Position numbers and translations under genes: made by a program | The notes under the pieces: model-generated | Seen by the model: only the letters and a program-made list of their open reading frames with translations | What the model was told of the DNA's origin: nothing | Databases searched by the model: none | Part shown: positions 63,100-64,000 of the stretch, piece by piece | How the letters are laid out: each line of letters begins with the position of its first letter | Position numbering within the stretch: the first letter of the stretch is position 1 | From: Octopus sinensis | Lineage: Eukaryota | Direction of reading: 5' to 3' | NCBI RefSeq assembly: GCF_006345805.1 | Contig: NW_021831284.1 | Span: 496,001-560,000 of the forward strand | DNA: 64,000 bases

Positions 63100-64000
63100 C
63101 GGTAGGAAAGTCAAGCGGAATAAAGGTCAAGTGGAAAAAAGTCAAGTCGTCTTTGTTTAATTTATATTGTATCTTTATAGCCATAATAGCAACTCTTAAT
63201 TTTTATCAATTTTTCAATATTTTTTTCCCATATAAATTTTCGAAATTTTGCGCAAAATGGAAAAAAAGTAAAGCCCGTAATTTCGTTAACGAACTTGACT
63301 TTTTTCCGTCTTGAAATAATCGCTTTTCCAAAATCAATTTCGAATTGGCTTATTTGCTTTGATAAATCTTTTTGGCTTAATCAGGTTCAAGGCGTATCTT
63401 AATCTTAATATCGTATCTTAAATATTATGCATGCCGCAAAAATAAGTGACAAAATGGAGATAACATTATCTAACAAAGAAGGGAAAAAAATTGTTTAGAG
63501 GCTATATGTATACAATAAAAAAATGCGTGGAACTATGCGTATTTTGAAGCTTAGCAAAGAAATTCTTGAAAAAATCAAAAAAATCAGAGGAAACCAAGAA
63601 GAAAACACATTAGACCACAATCCCAAAAAAACTTCAGCAAGTGCCTTTCGTGGATATTTTGGGCGATATTGTACCATAATAAGAGATTGTTTGGCTTTAC
63701 AATGCAATAAAAGTAGCAATCATCTATATGTTTCCGTCGTGGGCGAACACAAGTCCGTGTTAGTGGGATCAAACCTGACATCCCCATTTACTCGGGTTTA
63801 GACATAATGCAGTTGACCCATCTAAACCATCATATGGTGAGTATGTGACAAAACTCACTAAGTCTATCCCAAATATCACCAATAGATTTGCCCTCCTTTT
63901 AACAGTCATCGATGTTTATAGTACGTTAGTAGTAGGTCTTTTAACAATTTATTCAAATTTGCATTTGTCAGACCACTTTTTCATAAATCTTCAAAAGAAG
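63100..64000 (+). mobile_element. Probable Mutator/MULE element end with a FLYWCH-like fragment
   Basis: Subterminal aagtcaag repeats at 63107-63147, an inverted copy at 63293-63306, and frameshifted MEITLSNKEGK..CLE.YMYT at 63454. Confidence 0.45.

Overview
AT-rich animal (metazoan) genomic DNA read with the standard code. Almost all introns are GT-AG micro-introns of about 22-32 nt, which breaks genes into many short ORFs in the track. Such introns point to a reduced parasite such as a dicyemid, but that assignment is inference. Host genes recognised: a miniature BubR1-like pseudokinase, NAF1, a broken peroxiredoxin-6, TTC7, NAA40, a 15-kb fibrocystin-L (PKHD1L1)-like gene, tRNA-Val(AAC), an intron-dense orphan gene, CCDC6, cyclin T-like, Inscuteable, a tandem-doublecortin gene and BiP/HSPA5. 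Between them lie transposon remains: about ten CRE-clade (RLE) retrotransposon fragments, RTE, R4 and CR1/L2-type LINE pieces, Merlin, Tigger/pogo, a long-TIR Tc1, hAT and MULE pieces. Main observations: (1) a kringle domain on one phase 1-1 exon inserted into fibrocystin-L; (2) two dispersed, decayed copies of an intronless gene family I cannot assign, sharing protein motifs and a 3' tail; (3) DNA transposases carrying host-type 24-26 nt introns; (4) a hairpin-type palindromic footprint at a one-ended hAT; (5) an ERSE-like promoter on BiP. All gene names come from motifs recalled by eye, not from database searches, and internal exon boundaries are approximate.
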